Below are positions 1 through 7,951 of a DNA stretch of 19,999 nucleotides, piece by piece. Numbering within the stretch: position 1 is the first letter of the stretch; each line of letters begins with the position of its first letter. Source of the stretch: Spirulina sp. (lineage in GTDB: Bacteria > Cyanobacteriota > Cyanobacteriia > Phormidesmidales > Phormidesmidaceae); the NCBI GenBank assembly GCA_044070495.1, contig JBIPSI010000053.1, positions 1-19,999 on the forward strand. Reading direction: 5' to 3'. Under the pieces are notes generated by a model that had not been told where the DNA came from, ran no database searches, and was given only the letters and a program-made list of their open reading frames with translations. A program made the position numbers and the translations under genes.

Positions 1-1
1 G

Positions 2-160
2 AATGAGCGAGATGAGGAAAGAGAACGAGCGGCTCGCCGAGCTAGAATCCAAAATCGATGGATCGTTCTTCAAGCACGGTATTTACTCGAACCCGGTGCC
101 GAAGTCGAAACAGCCCTAGGGGATTTTGTGCGGTTTTTGCAAGAGTATGGCGAGCTTTAG
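2..160 (+). CDS. Possible 3' end of a gene entering from the left; product unknown
   Basis: Frame 2 is open from base 2 to TAG at 158-160 (NERDEERERAARRARIQNRWIVLQARYLLEPGAEVETALGDFVRFLQEYGEL*). A hairpin begins 2 bp after the stop. Frame 3 also has a short open stretch to 119, so the frame is uncertain. Confidence 0.45.
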   Translation, partial: NERDEERERAARRARIQNRWIVLQARYLLEPGAEVETALGDFVRFLQEYGEL

Positions 161-162
161 CC

Positions 163-230
163 AAGATCCCAGGGTTCTGCAAAGAGGCCAATGCACGACC
201 GCAAAACCTACGGTAGAACCCTGGGATCTT
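163..230. repeat. Hairpin element copy A (16-bp perfect inverted repeat, 36-bp interior)
   Basis: AAGATCCCAGGGTTCT (163-178) pairs with AGAACCCTGGGATCTT (215-230); related copy at 1874-1932. Confidence 0.9.
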
Positions 231-264
231 TAAATATGGGATCTTTTAATAACGGATACCCTGC

Positions 265-295
265 GTTGGGTTCTGCTTCGCGCCACCCAGCCTAC
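265..295 (-). repeat. GTAG-type REP-like palindrome, copy A
   Basis: Minus strand reads GTAGGCTGGGTGGCGCGAAGCAGAACCCAAC: GTAG tetranucleotide followed by an imperfect hairpin. Related copy at 1953-1983. Confidence 0.75.
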
Positions 296-322
296 TCACT
301 TTGCGATCTACTGACCCTACAA

Positions 323-1678
323 TTAGGCAATTTGTTCGGGCAAAACGTAGAGGAAGACTTCTAGTTTGCTGAGGGCATCGGCGACTTGTTGGGCGGCGGC
401 TTCTGGGGTGATGGGCTCTAGGGTAATGAGGTTAATGGGATGGGTTTGCTGCCAGAAATTAACCAGGGCGGCGAAGGGTTGGGGGCCATTCCAAAGCTGA
501 AGCAATAGGGCAACCACATCGTAGCTAATGGAAACGGGGTTGATGGTTGGCAAACTCAGAAACGTGCTGATGACAAATGACCCATTTTGTTGAATGGCTT
601 CTAAGGCGGCTTTTTGGAAGGCTTCTGTGCGTAGTTGGGGATGCAGCGTGACCTGCGACCGCAGCCAATCCTCCAGTGTCCATTCGGCTACGGGTAAGGG
701 TTCTGGGCCTTGGCGGGGATGGGTACACCAAAAGTCTAGAAGCCGATGCACTGGGTTCAATAATTCATAAATAGTGAGCATGGTTTCTGGCGTACTTTCT
801 GATAGACCCATTGCCAGATAGCTTGGTAAATTATCAGGCTCTTGAAAAAGATCTGTAAGATTCCATCGCCGCCATTCCACCATGCTTAGGAACTCTAGAT
901 TAGCTCGTCGCAGGCCATCAAACATATCGCTAATGCGATAGCCTTGGTCTCCCTTTAGTAATTGGTTGGCCAACAAAAATTCTTTATTATTTTCCTTTTC
1001 AGGGTCTTCTAATTTTGGATTCCAGGTCATTTTCTTTAGGAAAACATCTGGTTTTAGTTCCTTCATTATTTCGATCACGATGGGAATCGCCATTTCCTCC
1101 GCATCTTCTTCCATTAAACCCATTAGACCAAAGAGTTCCTGAGCCTGGAAGAAGGTTTGGCGCTGAAGGGAACTGTGTAGGTTGGTGCGAATAATACCCT
1201 CTGGCTTAAGGACAGACTTAAAGGCTGAGAGCCCTTGGGCAATATCGTCGAAAAAGTAGAGTGTTTCATCGCAGTTAATATAATCAAACTGGATGCCAAG
1301 CTGAGCGATATCCTCAATGGCAAGCACATGAAACTCAGCACAGTCTTGATAACCGTGATAGGCAAACCGCTGCTGGGCGAGTTCAATGGATCGGGGGGAG
1401 AGATCAACCCCAATCACCTTAGCGTCAGGATTGGCTTTGGCAAGGGCGAGGGCTTTATAACCTGTGCCACACCCCGCATCTAGAATCACCTTGTTAGCGG
1501 TTTCAACCACACGGCGTTTTTGCAGGTAATAAGGCGTCGCTAAATTCAAAATAAATAGCTCATTGCCCACCTCCCTAGGATCTTTTTCGATGGGATAGCG
1601 GGGATAGGGGCCAAAATCAAACTGCCGCCGCATCCGTTCTAAAAATTCTGCTTGGGATTCTGAGGAAGAGTTAGTCAT
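323..1678 (-). CDS. Class I SAM-dependent methyltransferase (451 aa), directly downstream of the pilin gene
   Basis: Motif I ILDAGCGTG, acidic strand VIGVDLS, FDYINC and LKPEGII segments of the class I Rossmann fold; long C-terminal region of unknown function. Confidence 0.88.
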   Translation of the reverse strand: MTNSSSESQAEFLERMRRQFDFGPYPRYPIEKDPREVGNELFILNLATPYYLQKRRVVETANKVILDAGCGTGYKALALAKANPDAKVIGVDLSPRSIELAQQRFAYHGYQDCAEFHVLAIEDIAQLGIQFDYINCDETLYFFDDIAQGLSAFKSVLKPEGIIRTNLHSSLQRQTFFQAQELFGLMGLMEEDAEEMAIPIVIEIMKELKPDVFLKKMTWNPKLEDPEKENNKEFLLANQLLKGDQGYRISDMFDGLRRANLEFLSMVEWRRWNLTDLFQEPDNLPSYLAMGLSESTPETMLTIYELLNPVHRLLDFWCTHPRQGPEPLPVAEWTLEDWLRSQVTLHPQLRTEAFQKAALEAIQQNGSFVISTFLSLPTINPVSISYDVVALLLQLWNGPQPFAALVNFWQQTHPINLITLEPITPEAAAQQVADALSKLEVFLYVLPEQIA

Positions 1679-1873
1679 TGTTTAGGTTATCGTCAACATA
1701 AACCTATTGTATTCACGAACTCCAAAGCTGAACTGCGATATTGTTTGAGATAAGAATCCGATTTGGTTGACGGACAAAGCTTGCCAGAACCCAAATCCGT
1801 GGAGGTTGTGGCCATGGTCGTGGGCTACTGTGAATTTCTCAGGTCTTTGCCTCTATGGTAGCTGAGTCTCCAG

Positions 1874-1932
1874 ATCCCAGGGTTCTACCGTGGGTTTTGC
1901 GGTCACACATTGGCGTTGCAGAACCCTGGGAT
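1874..1932. repeat. Hairpin element copy B (13-bp perfect inverted repeat, 33-bp interior inverted relative to copy A)
   Basis: ATCCCAGGGTTCT (1874-1886) pairs with AGAACCCTGGGAT (1920-1932); the interior resembles the reverse complement of 179-214. Confidence 0.9.
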
Positions 1933-1952
1933 TTTAATAAGGGGTACCCGGT

Positions 1953-1983
1953 GTTGGGTTCTACTCCGCGTCATCCGACCTAC
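1953..1983 (-). repeat. GTAG-type REP-like palindrome, copy B
   Basis: Minus strand reads GTAGGTCGGATGACGCGGAGTAGAACCCAAC, similar to 265-295 and in the same orientation. Confidence 0.7.
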
Positions 1984-2036
1984 TTGCCTCACCTACAAAC
2001 TGTGGAATCTCCTAAGCTGTGGCAGACTACAAGCTA

Positions 2037-2070
2037 ATAAAAAAGGCCACCCTACAGAAGGACAGCCTTT
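2037..2070 (-). terminator. Intrinsic terminator after pilA
   Basis: Minus strand AAAGGCTGTCCT-TCTGT-AGGGTGGCCTTT-TTTA: 12-bp stem with G-U pairs and a U-tract, about 30 bp after the pilA stop. Confidence 0.75.
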
Positions 2071-2098
2071 AAGTAAAAGTAACTAATCAATCAGTTAA

Positions 2099-2680
2099 TT
2101 AGTTACAAGCTTCGGTGTTAGTGTTGCTCGCAGTAACGTTGGTGTCAGCTGCTTGTGGGCTATTCAGTGTAGCAACAGGGACACTACCTCGACCTGGGTT
2201 ATTTGCAATACACAGCACAGCAGTTGTGGTTGCATTATTAGCTGAATCAAGCAGGGTGTAGGTCACGCCAGTATACGAAAGAAGCGCATCATCTAAGGGG
2301 CGTGCAGAAACAAATGCTGAGTTACCAAGGTCGCCACCAGTTGGTGCCTCTACATCGTTAATATCGGTGTCCGCAGTACCTTTGCCATAGGCATAAAATT
2401 CGGTTTTGGATTGAATACCCAAACCCAATCGATCAATGCGATCAGCAAAAGTTCGGTTTTCCAATCGGTAGGCCTGTTGACCACGGTTGATGGAGCCGAC
2501 GTAGGTGGTGGCTTCAGACTGACGGGCGCGGTTGGCCTGGTTGAGGAACGCAGGCAGAGCGATAGCGGCCAGAATACCGATGATGATGATAACCACCAGT
2601 AGTTCAATCAAGGTGAAGCCGCCGTCTTCTTTCTTTTGGATGAGGTGTTGCAGCAGCTTGAAGTTCCAAGTGGATTTCAT
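2099..2680 (-). CDS. pilA: Type IV major pilin (PilA1-like prepilin)
   Basis: Class III signal peptide KKEDGG|FTLIELLVVIIIIGILAAIALPAFLNQ with Glu at +5; cyanobacterial ANRARQSEA...GSINRGQQAY motif; two C-terminal Cys; AAGGAG RBS at 2691-2696. Confidence 0.95.
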   Translation of the reverse strand: MKSTWNFKLLQHLIQKKEDGGFTLIELLVVIIIIGILAAIALPAFLNQANRARQSEATTYVGSINRGQQAYRLENRTFADRIDRLGLGIQSKTEFYAYGKGTADTDINDVEAPTGGDLGNSAFVSARPLDDALLSYTGVTYTLLDSANNATTTAVLCIANNPGRGSVPVATLNSPQAADTNVTASNTNTEACN

Positions 2681-2732
2681 AATGGGGTGTCTCCTTGGGA
2701 AGCAGGTATAGTTTGTTCGCTTCTTTGACTAA

Positions 2733-2739
2733 CTTACCC
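2733..2739 (-). promoter_or_regulatory. SigF-type promoter element GGGTAAG upstream of pilA
   Basis: Minus strand GGGTAAG lies about 53 bp upstream of the pilA ATG and matches the GGGTAA motif known for SigF-dependent pilA1 promoters in cyanobacteria. Confidence 0.75.
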
Positions 2740-2906
2740 ACGGGTTTCGGGTTTCATATCATCCCCCCAACTTTTTTTTGAGTTAAGCCGTCCTAAAACC
2801 CAGTTCAGCGGTTGAAAGCCCTTTGAATAAAGGGCTTCAAGATTTTGTGTGAATTTGTAAATTTAGGCGGATTTGGGGTCTTGCTGGCTACCCTGAGCTT
2901 TGCCTT

Positions 2907-3123
2907 CACCCTAAATCCCTCTCCCAAGCTGGGAGAGGGACTTTGAAGGACTTCCGGTTCCTCTCTTCTCTCTGGGCTGCTATGTATACATAAGTCCTTG
3001 ACGTAGACGCTAGAGGGAATCGATCCCCCCTTTCCCCCCTTAAAAAGGGGGGAACCGGAGTCAAAGCCCCCCTTTTTATAGACGCTTGCGGCTTCCCGCA
3101 GGGTAGGGGGATTTAGGGGGATC
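2907..3123. mobile_element. Nested miniature repeats: CCCTCTCCC/GGGAGAGGG hairpin doublet (partial), TIR-like end, CCCCCTT/AAGGGGG doublet and a 25-bp insert
   Basis: 2907-2946 resembles the reverse complement of about 15182-15220; GCTGCTATGTATACATAAGT (2976-2995) resembles the TIRs at 17999 and 18146; 3022-3123 resembles the reverse complement of 18044-18119 plus an insert at 3081-3105. Confidence 0.75.
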
Positions 3124-3161
3124 TCCGATGAGGCTCGTCAAAGGGTTAGTAGACCTGACTC

Positions 3162-5615
3162 CTACTCTGAGTCGGGGGACTCTCCAGCAGGGGCGGGGGC
3201 TAGGGGCGGCGGCGGGGCCACAATGGGGGCTGGCGGCGGGGGCGGAGCCACAGGGGCGGGGGCGGCTACAGGGGCAGGAGCCGTAATGGGAGCCGGGGCA
3301 GCAACGGGAACCGGAGCCACCGGATCGCTGGGAGCCGCAACGGGGGCTGGGGCCGCTGCCGGGGGATCAATAGGATTGGCGCTAGGTGTGGGAGCTGGAC
3401 GACGGGTGGAGGCGGGTTCTGCGGGGGCCGACTCACCGCCATCTCCGCTGCGGGAGCGGCTGGGGGATGAATCGCGATTATCTTCGCTAGCGGTCTCTGA
3501 TGCAGGAGAAGGTTGGGATTGACGGCTAGAGGCGGGCCGCCCTTCACTGGATGAGTCATCGGATCGAGAGGAACTCCGATCAGCAATGACCCGACTGGGC
3601 TTGATGGGCTGGGCCTCAACGGTGGCTTCCCGTCCGCCAAGGCGGGGCACCGATGGGAACTGCTCTACCGGGATATCGTCGGCAATTTGCGACATAAACA
3701 TGCGCCAGATGGCCGCTGAGGTGGTGCTGGCTCCATTGCTGGGGCTGCTGTCGTCGTTGCCCATCCACACCCCCGTCGCCAGTTGGGGAATGTAGCCAAT
3801 GAACCACAGGTCGCGGTTCTTTTCGGAGGTGCCGGTTTTACCCGCCACGGGCCGACCGATGTAGGCGTTGCTGCCCGTGCCCCCCTCCACCACGCTGCGG
3901 AGCATCCAGGTCATGATGGCGGCGGTATCGGCATCGATGGCTTGCTCGGCCCTTTGGGAGGCATCGGTTTCGTAGATGACTTCGCCCTGACGGTTCAGCA
4001 CCCGCCGAATGCCGTGGGTGGGCAAATGGCGACCCTTATTCGCCAGGGTGCCGTAGGCGCTGGTGAGTTCCAGCAGGTTCACCTCCGAGGCTCCTAGGGC
4101 TAGGGAGTAGGTGCCCAACAGGGGCGACTCGATGCCCATTTTTTGGGCCACCTGAATCACCGGGTCAAAGCCCACGTCCACCAAGAGCTTCACGGCCACA
4201 ATATTGATGGAGTTGCGCAGGGCCTTAAGCAGATCGACATCGCCGCTAAAGCTGCCACCGTAGTTTTTGGGTTCGTAGCCATCTACTACGTAGCGGGCGT
4301 CGGTATAGGTTTTGTAGGGGGAGAATCCGGCGGCGATGGCCGTGGCATAGACAAAGGTTTTGAAGGTGGATCCGGGCTGGCGCTGGGCCTGGGTGACTCG
4401 GTTAAACTGGCTTTCGTTGAAGTCGTTGCCGCCCACCATGGCCTTGATTTCGCCATTGCGGGGATCTACGGCCACTAGGGCGACTTGCTCGATGCCCTGC
4501 CAGCCGCTATAGCGCTCGATGGCCTGATCCACGGTGGCTTCGGCCTTGCGCTGCCAGCCTACATTGAGGGTGGTTTCCACGGTCAGCCCCCCAGCGGCCA
4601 GTTGTTCGGGGGTCAACAGTTGTTCGAGTTGTTTTTCAACGTAGATGGTGAAGTAGGGGAACTCGCTGTAGAGGAACTTGGGTTCGTTGGGGGTTACCTC
4701 CACAGTGTCGGCTAGGGCAGTATCGGCCTCGGTGGGGCTGATGGCTCCGGTGGCCAACATGCGCCGGATGACGCGATCCCGTTGGTTACGGGCGGCTTCG
4801 GGGTTCACCTCTGGAGAATAGAGACTGGGGGCCGGGGCCATCCCGGCAATCAGGGCCGCTTCGGCGACGGTGAGCTGTTCTAGGGGTTTGCCGAAGTAAA
4901 TCCAGGCGGCATCGGCCACCCCGTAGGCACCGGATCCTAGATAGACCAGATTGAGGTAGCGCTCCATAATCTGGCTTTTGGTCAGATCTTGCTCAAGCTT
5001 GTGGGCCATCAAAATTTCGCGGGCCTTGCGCTGAACGCTGCGCTCTTGGCTGAGATAGACAATCCGGGCCAACTGCTGGGTGATGGTGCTGGCCCCTTCC
5101 ACTACTTCCCGCTGCCGCAGGTTCGACCAAACCGCCCGCGTAATGCCGCGATAATCCACGCCCCGGTGATCATAGAAGCGCTGATCCTCCGAAGCGATGA
5201 AGGCGGCGATGAGGTGATCGGGAATCGACTCGTAGCTGCTGGTTTCGCGGGAGGCGGGGCCAAGCTTTTGCAAAATCGCCCCATCCGCCGAAATCATGGT
5301 GATGGTGCCGTCCCGCTGATAGGTGAGAGCCTCTTCAGACTCCGGCAGATCGGCCCAGGTGGTTTGCACCAGCCGATAGGTGCGGGTGGCACCCCCCGCC
5401 AGCAGGGCCGTGGTCACCATCACGGCGGGGAGCACAAGGGCGCGAAACCGAGGACGGCGCGGTCGAGTTGGGGGAGGGTTCTCCGGCGTTGAAGGATCTG
5501 GCACGTAGGCCGCCACCCGCCGCTGAGAGGGCATGGTTCTGGCGTAATCTGTCGGCTCCACGGGGGAAGCCGAACCATGGTGCGAAAACAGCCGATTTAA
5601 CCAGGACTGTGTCAT
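3162..5615 (-). CDS. Class A penicillin-binding protein (PBP1A family transglycosylase/transpeptidase)
   Basis: Transglycosylase motifs EDQRFYDHRG, GASTITQQL, RKAREI, YLNLVYLG; transpeptidase SxxK (STFK), SxN (SIN), KTG. One N-terminal TM helix and a Ser/Pro/Ala-rich tail. Start moved to the ATG at 5615 (MTQSW) by inference; the ORF track starts at 5753. Confidence 0.93.
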   Translation of the reverse strand: MTQSWLNRLFSHHGSASPVEPTDYARTMPSQRRVAAYVPDPSTPENPPPTRPRRPRFRALVLPAVMVTTALLAGGATRTYRLVQTTWADLPESEEALTYQRDGTITMISADGAILQKLGPASRETSSYESIPDHLIAAFIASEDQRFYDHRGVDYRGITRAVWSNLRQREVVEGASTITQQLARIVYLSQERSVQRKAREILMAHKLEQDLTKSQIMERYLNLVYLGSGAYGVADAAWIYFGKPLEQLTVAEAALIAGMAPAPSLYSPEVNPEAARNQRDRVIRRMLATGAISPTEADTALADTVEVTPNEPKFLYSEFPYFTIYVEKQLEQLLTPEQLAAGGLTVETTLNVGWQRKAEATVDQAIERYSGWQGIEQVALVAVDPRNGEIKAMVGGNDFNESQFNRVTQAQRQPGSTFKTFVYATAIAAGFSPYKTYTDARYVVDGYEPKNYGGSFSGDVDLLKALRNSINIVAVKLLVDVGFDPVIQVAQKMGIESPLLGTYSLALGASEVNLLELTSAYGTLANKGRHLPTHGIRRVLNRQGEVIYETDASQRAEQAIDADTAAIMTWMLRSVVEGGTGSNAYIGRPVAGKTGTSEKNRDLWFIGYIPQLATGVWMGNDDSSPSNGASTTSAAIWRMFMSQIADDIPVEQFPSVPRLGGREATVEAQPIKPSRVIADRSSSRSDDSSSEGRPASSRQSQPSPASETASEDNRDSSPSRSRSGDGGESAPAEPASTRRPAPTPSANPIDPPAAAPAPVAAPSDPVAPVPVAAPAPITAPAPVAAPAPVAPPPPPAPIVAPPPPLAPAPAGESPDSE

Positions 5616-5867
5616 GCTTGTGCGGCCCTCTACCACGTCAACACCGAACCCAGACCATCCCCAGGGGCAACCGTAATCTCTACCCCCGGTGTGTTGTCTG
5701 TGCGTTGCCGTCCTTGGAACGTGATCCCCATGGCCGACAAAGCTAAAGAGCACTTTAGGGGGTTTCTAGGATTTCTTCAAGGGTGATAAGGTCGGATGCT
5801 GACATCTATCACCACCTGGGCCTCACCGATGGCGGTGGTGAGGACGACCCGCTATGGCCCAGCCTAC

Positions 5868-6875
5868 CTATAGCCCAGCGTGGCCGAGGGCCAATCCGGT
5901 AACCAGCATCCCCAAGACCAAAAAGGGCTGGGCGCTGGCCTGATATTTCACATCGTTCTTGAGGGGATCCCGCAGGAAATACATATCCTGGAAGGTGATT
6001 TGGGGAATGATCAGCAGCACCAGCAGCACGGCGTAGAGATTTTGGTGAATCGCCATCAGGTAGGCGGCGACCCCACCCTGGAAAATGTCGATCATTAGCA
6101 CGCAAATCCACGCGGCGGTGGTAACGCCAAACATCACGGGCAGCGACTTCAAGCCCATCTGCCGATCCCCCTCCACACTTTTGAAGTCGTTCACCACGGC
6201 GATGCCCAGCCCCGCCAAGCTGTAGAACAGGGTGAGGACGACAATTTTCCAGGTCAGATCGCCAAATAGAGCATGGCCCGCCCACCAGGGTAAGGCAATG
6301 TAGCTGGCCCCTAGGGCGTAGTTCCCCAGCCAGCCGTTTTGCTTCAGCTTCAGCGGCGGTGCGGAATAAATATAGGAGACCAACGACCCGCCAATGGCCA
6401 GGGCGGTGATGGTGGGGAAGTCGTGCCCCGCCCAGCGATCTAGGCCAAAGGCGACACCAATTCCCGCCGCCAACAGCACCACAATTTGAGTGGCCACCTG
6501 GGGTACCGAAATGGCCCCAGAGGGAATGGGACGGTAGGGTTCGTTAATGGCGTCGATTTCGCGGTCGTAGAAGTCGTTGAGGGTTTGGGTATAGCCCGTC
6601 AGCAGCGGCCCCGACATCAGCATACAGGCAGCGGAAATCAACACATACTCAGGTGTCCAGCGAAAGCCGCCCCCGGAAGCGGCCCCACACACGACCCCCC
6701 AAATTAGCGGAATCCAGGTAATCGGCTTCATCAGTTGGAGGCGAATCTTCCAGATCGAGGTTTCGCCAGATTTGGCCCCCTTCATCCCTAGCAACTGACG
6801 GGCGGTGCTGCCTTCCTCTGGGGTAGCGGTTTCGGGCGTGTCCTCGGTGGGCAACGGAGATGACGGTTCAACCAT
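5868..6875 (-). CDS. chlG: Chlorophyll synthase (UbiA prenyltransferase family)
   Basis: ARQLLGMKGA, IRLQLMKPITWIPLIWG, NDFYDREIDAINEPYRPIPSG, NDFKSVEGDR, DVKYQASAQPF. Confidence 0.97.
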   Translation of the reverse strand: MVEPSSPLPTEDTPETATPEEGSTARQLLGMKGAKSGETSIWKIRLQLMKPITWIPLIWGVVCGAASGGGFRWTPEYVLISAACMLMSGPLLTGYTQTLNDFYDREIDAINEPYRPIPSGAISVPQVATQIVVLLAAGIGVAFGLDRWAGHDFPTITALAIGGSLVSYIYSAPPLKLKQNGWLGNYALGASYIALPWWAGHALFGDLTWKIVVLTLFYSLAGLGIAVVNDFKSVEGDRQMGLKSLPVMFGVTTAAWICVLMIDIFQGGVAAYLMAIHQNLYAVLLVLLIIPQITFQDMYFLRDPLKNDVKYQASAQPFLVLGMLVTGLALGHAGL

Positions 6876-7051
6876 GGTGAGATTTACCTACTACAACTGC
6901 GACGGACAAGCTCTGTTTATTATGCCGAGGGGATGCCGTTCAGGGAAACCTTTTGGAATGTTGACACCACAGGTTTCGATGACGAGGGAACCCCAAGGAA
7001 ACCCAAGTTGCCTGGAGTACACTAGAACCTAATGCTTCCCTAGGTCGCGCC

Positions 7052-7951
7052 ATGGTTTACAGCAACTATCCCCAGCCGCCATCGGAAACCCTGCCCACGA
7101 TGTACGACCTGCCCAGTGAAGATCCACAGGATTTGGATCTACCGGAGGAAGAGTATCCTAGGCCGCCGTCGGAAACGCTGCCCACGATGGACGACCTGCC
7201 CAGCGAAGACCCGGAGGAACCAGGGTTGCCTGACGAATTTCACGATTTTCAACCCAAATTGCTGCGGGAGACCTGCCAATCGCCCGTTTACCCCGCCCAA
7301 GAGATGTTTATGGGCGCGGATTTGAACCTGTACTACGACGTGCGCCATATCGGCTGGTACAAACGGCCCGACTGGTTTTTGGTGCTGGGGGTGCCCAAAG
7401 CCTCCAACCAAACCGACCTGCGCCGCAGCTATGTGATTTGGCAGGAAGGGGTGAGTCCGTTTTTGGTAATTGAGTTGCTCTCCCCCGGCACCGAGGCCGA
7501 AGATCTGGGCCAAACCCGGCGGGAGGTGAATCAGCCGCCCACCAAATGGCAGGTCTACGAGCAAATCCTGCGCGTCCCCTACTACGGCCTGTTTGACCGC
7601 TACACCAACACCTTCCGGTTATTTCAACTCGTCGGCCCCCGCTATCAGGAGATTCATTTATCTGAACGGCAGTTTTGGTTTGAGGAGATGAAGCTTGGCC
7701 TTGGCGTCTGGCAGGGGCAATACCAAGGTACCGAGGGGCTTTGGCTGCGCTGGTACCAGGAAAATGGCGCTTGGGTGCCCACCCCCGAAGAACGGGCAGA
7801 GCAAGAAAGTCAGCGGGCTGAGCAAGAAAGTCAACGGGCCGAGCAGGAACGGCAACGGGCGGAGCAGGAATGCCAGCGGGCCGAGCAGGAACATCAACGG
7901 GCGGAGCGCTTGGCGGCTCAACTGCGGGCGTTGGGGGTCGATCCCGATTAG
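7052..7951 (+). CDS. Uma2 (DUF820) family putative endonuclease
   Basis: DLPSEDPEEPGLPDEFH, PDWFLV, SYVIWQEG, PFLVIELLSPGT, LWLRWY and a C-terminal RAEQE heptad tail ending LAAQLRALGVDPD, all typical of cyanobacterial Uma2 paralogs. Confidence 0.9.
   Translation: MVYSNYPQPPSETLPTMYDLPSEDPQDLDLPEEEYPRPPSETLPTMDDLPSEDPEEPGLPDEFHDFQPKLLRETCQSPVYPAQEMFMGADLNLYYDVRHIGWYKRPDWFLVLGVPKASNQTDLRRSYVIWQEGVSPFLVIELLSPGTEAEDLGQTRREVNQPPTKWQVYEQILRVPYYGLFDRYTNTFRLFQLVGPRYQEIHLSERQFWFEEMKLGLGVWQGQYQGTEGLWLRWYQENGAWVPTPEERAEQESQRAEQESQRAEQERQRAEQECQRAEQEHQRAERLAAQLRALGVDPD
7067..7240 (+). repeat. In-frame 87-bp tandem duplication in the Uma2 N-terminus
   Basis: YPQPPSETLPTMYDLPSEDPQDLDLPEEE followed directly by YPRPPSETLPTMDDLPSEDPEEPGLPDEF. 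Confidence 0.9.
7793..7906 (+). repeat. 21-bp coding tandem repeat (RAEQExQ x5, coiled coil)
   Basis: CGGGCNGAGCARGAANNNCAR units encode RAEQESQ, RAEQESQ, RAEQERQ, RAEQECQ, RAEQEHQ. Confidence 0.9.

Noticed and set aside
1855..2037. 60-aa ORF between the methyltransferase and pilA
   Set aside because: It consists largely of the hairpin and REP repeats and has no recognisable protein features.
5616..5753. N-terminal extension of the PBP in the ORF track
   Set aside because: It uses a non-ATG start and the sequence is not protein-like; the ATG at 5615 fits better.
6961..6966. TTGACA -35 box upstream of the Uma2 gene
   Set aside because: No TATAAT-like -10 element at 16-18 bp spacing.
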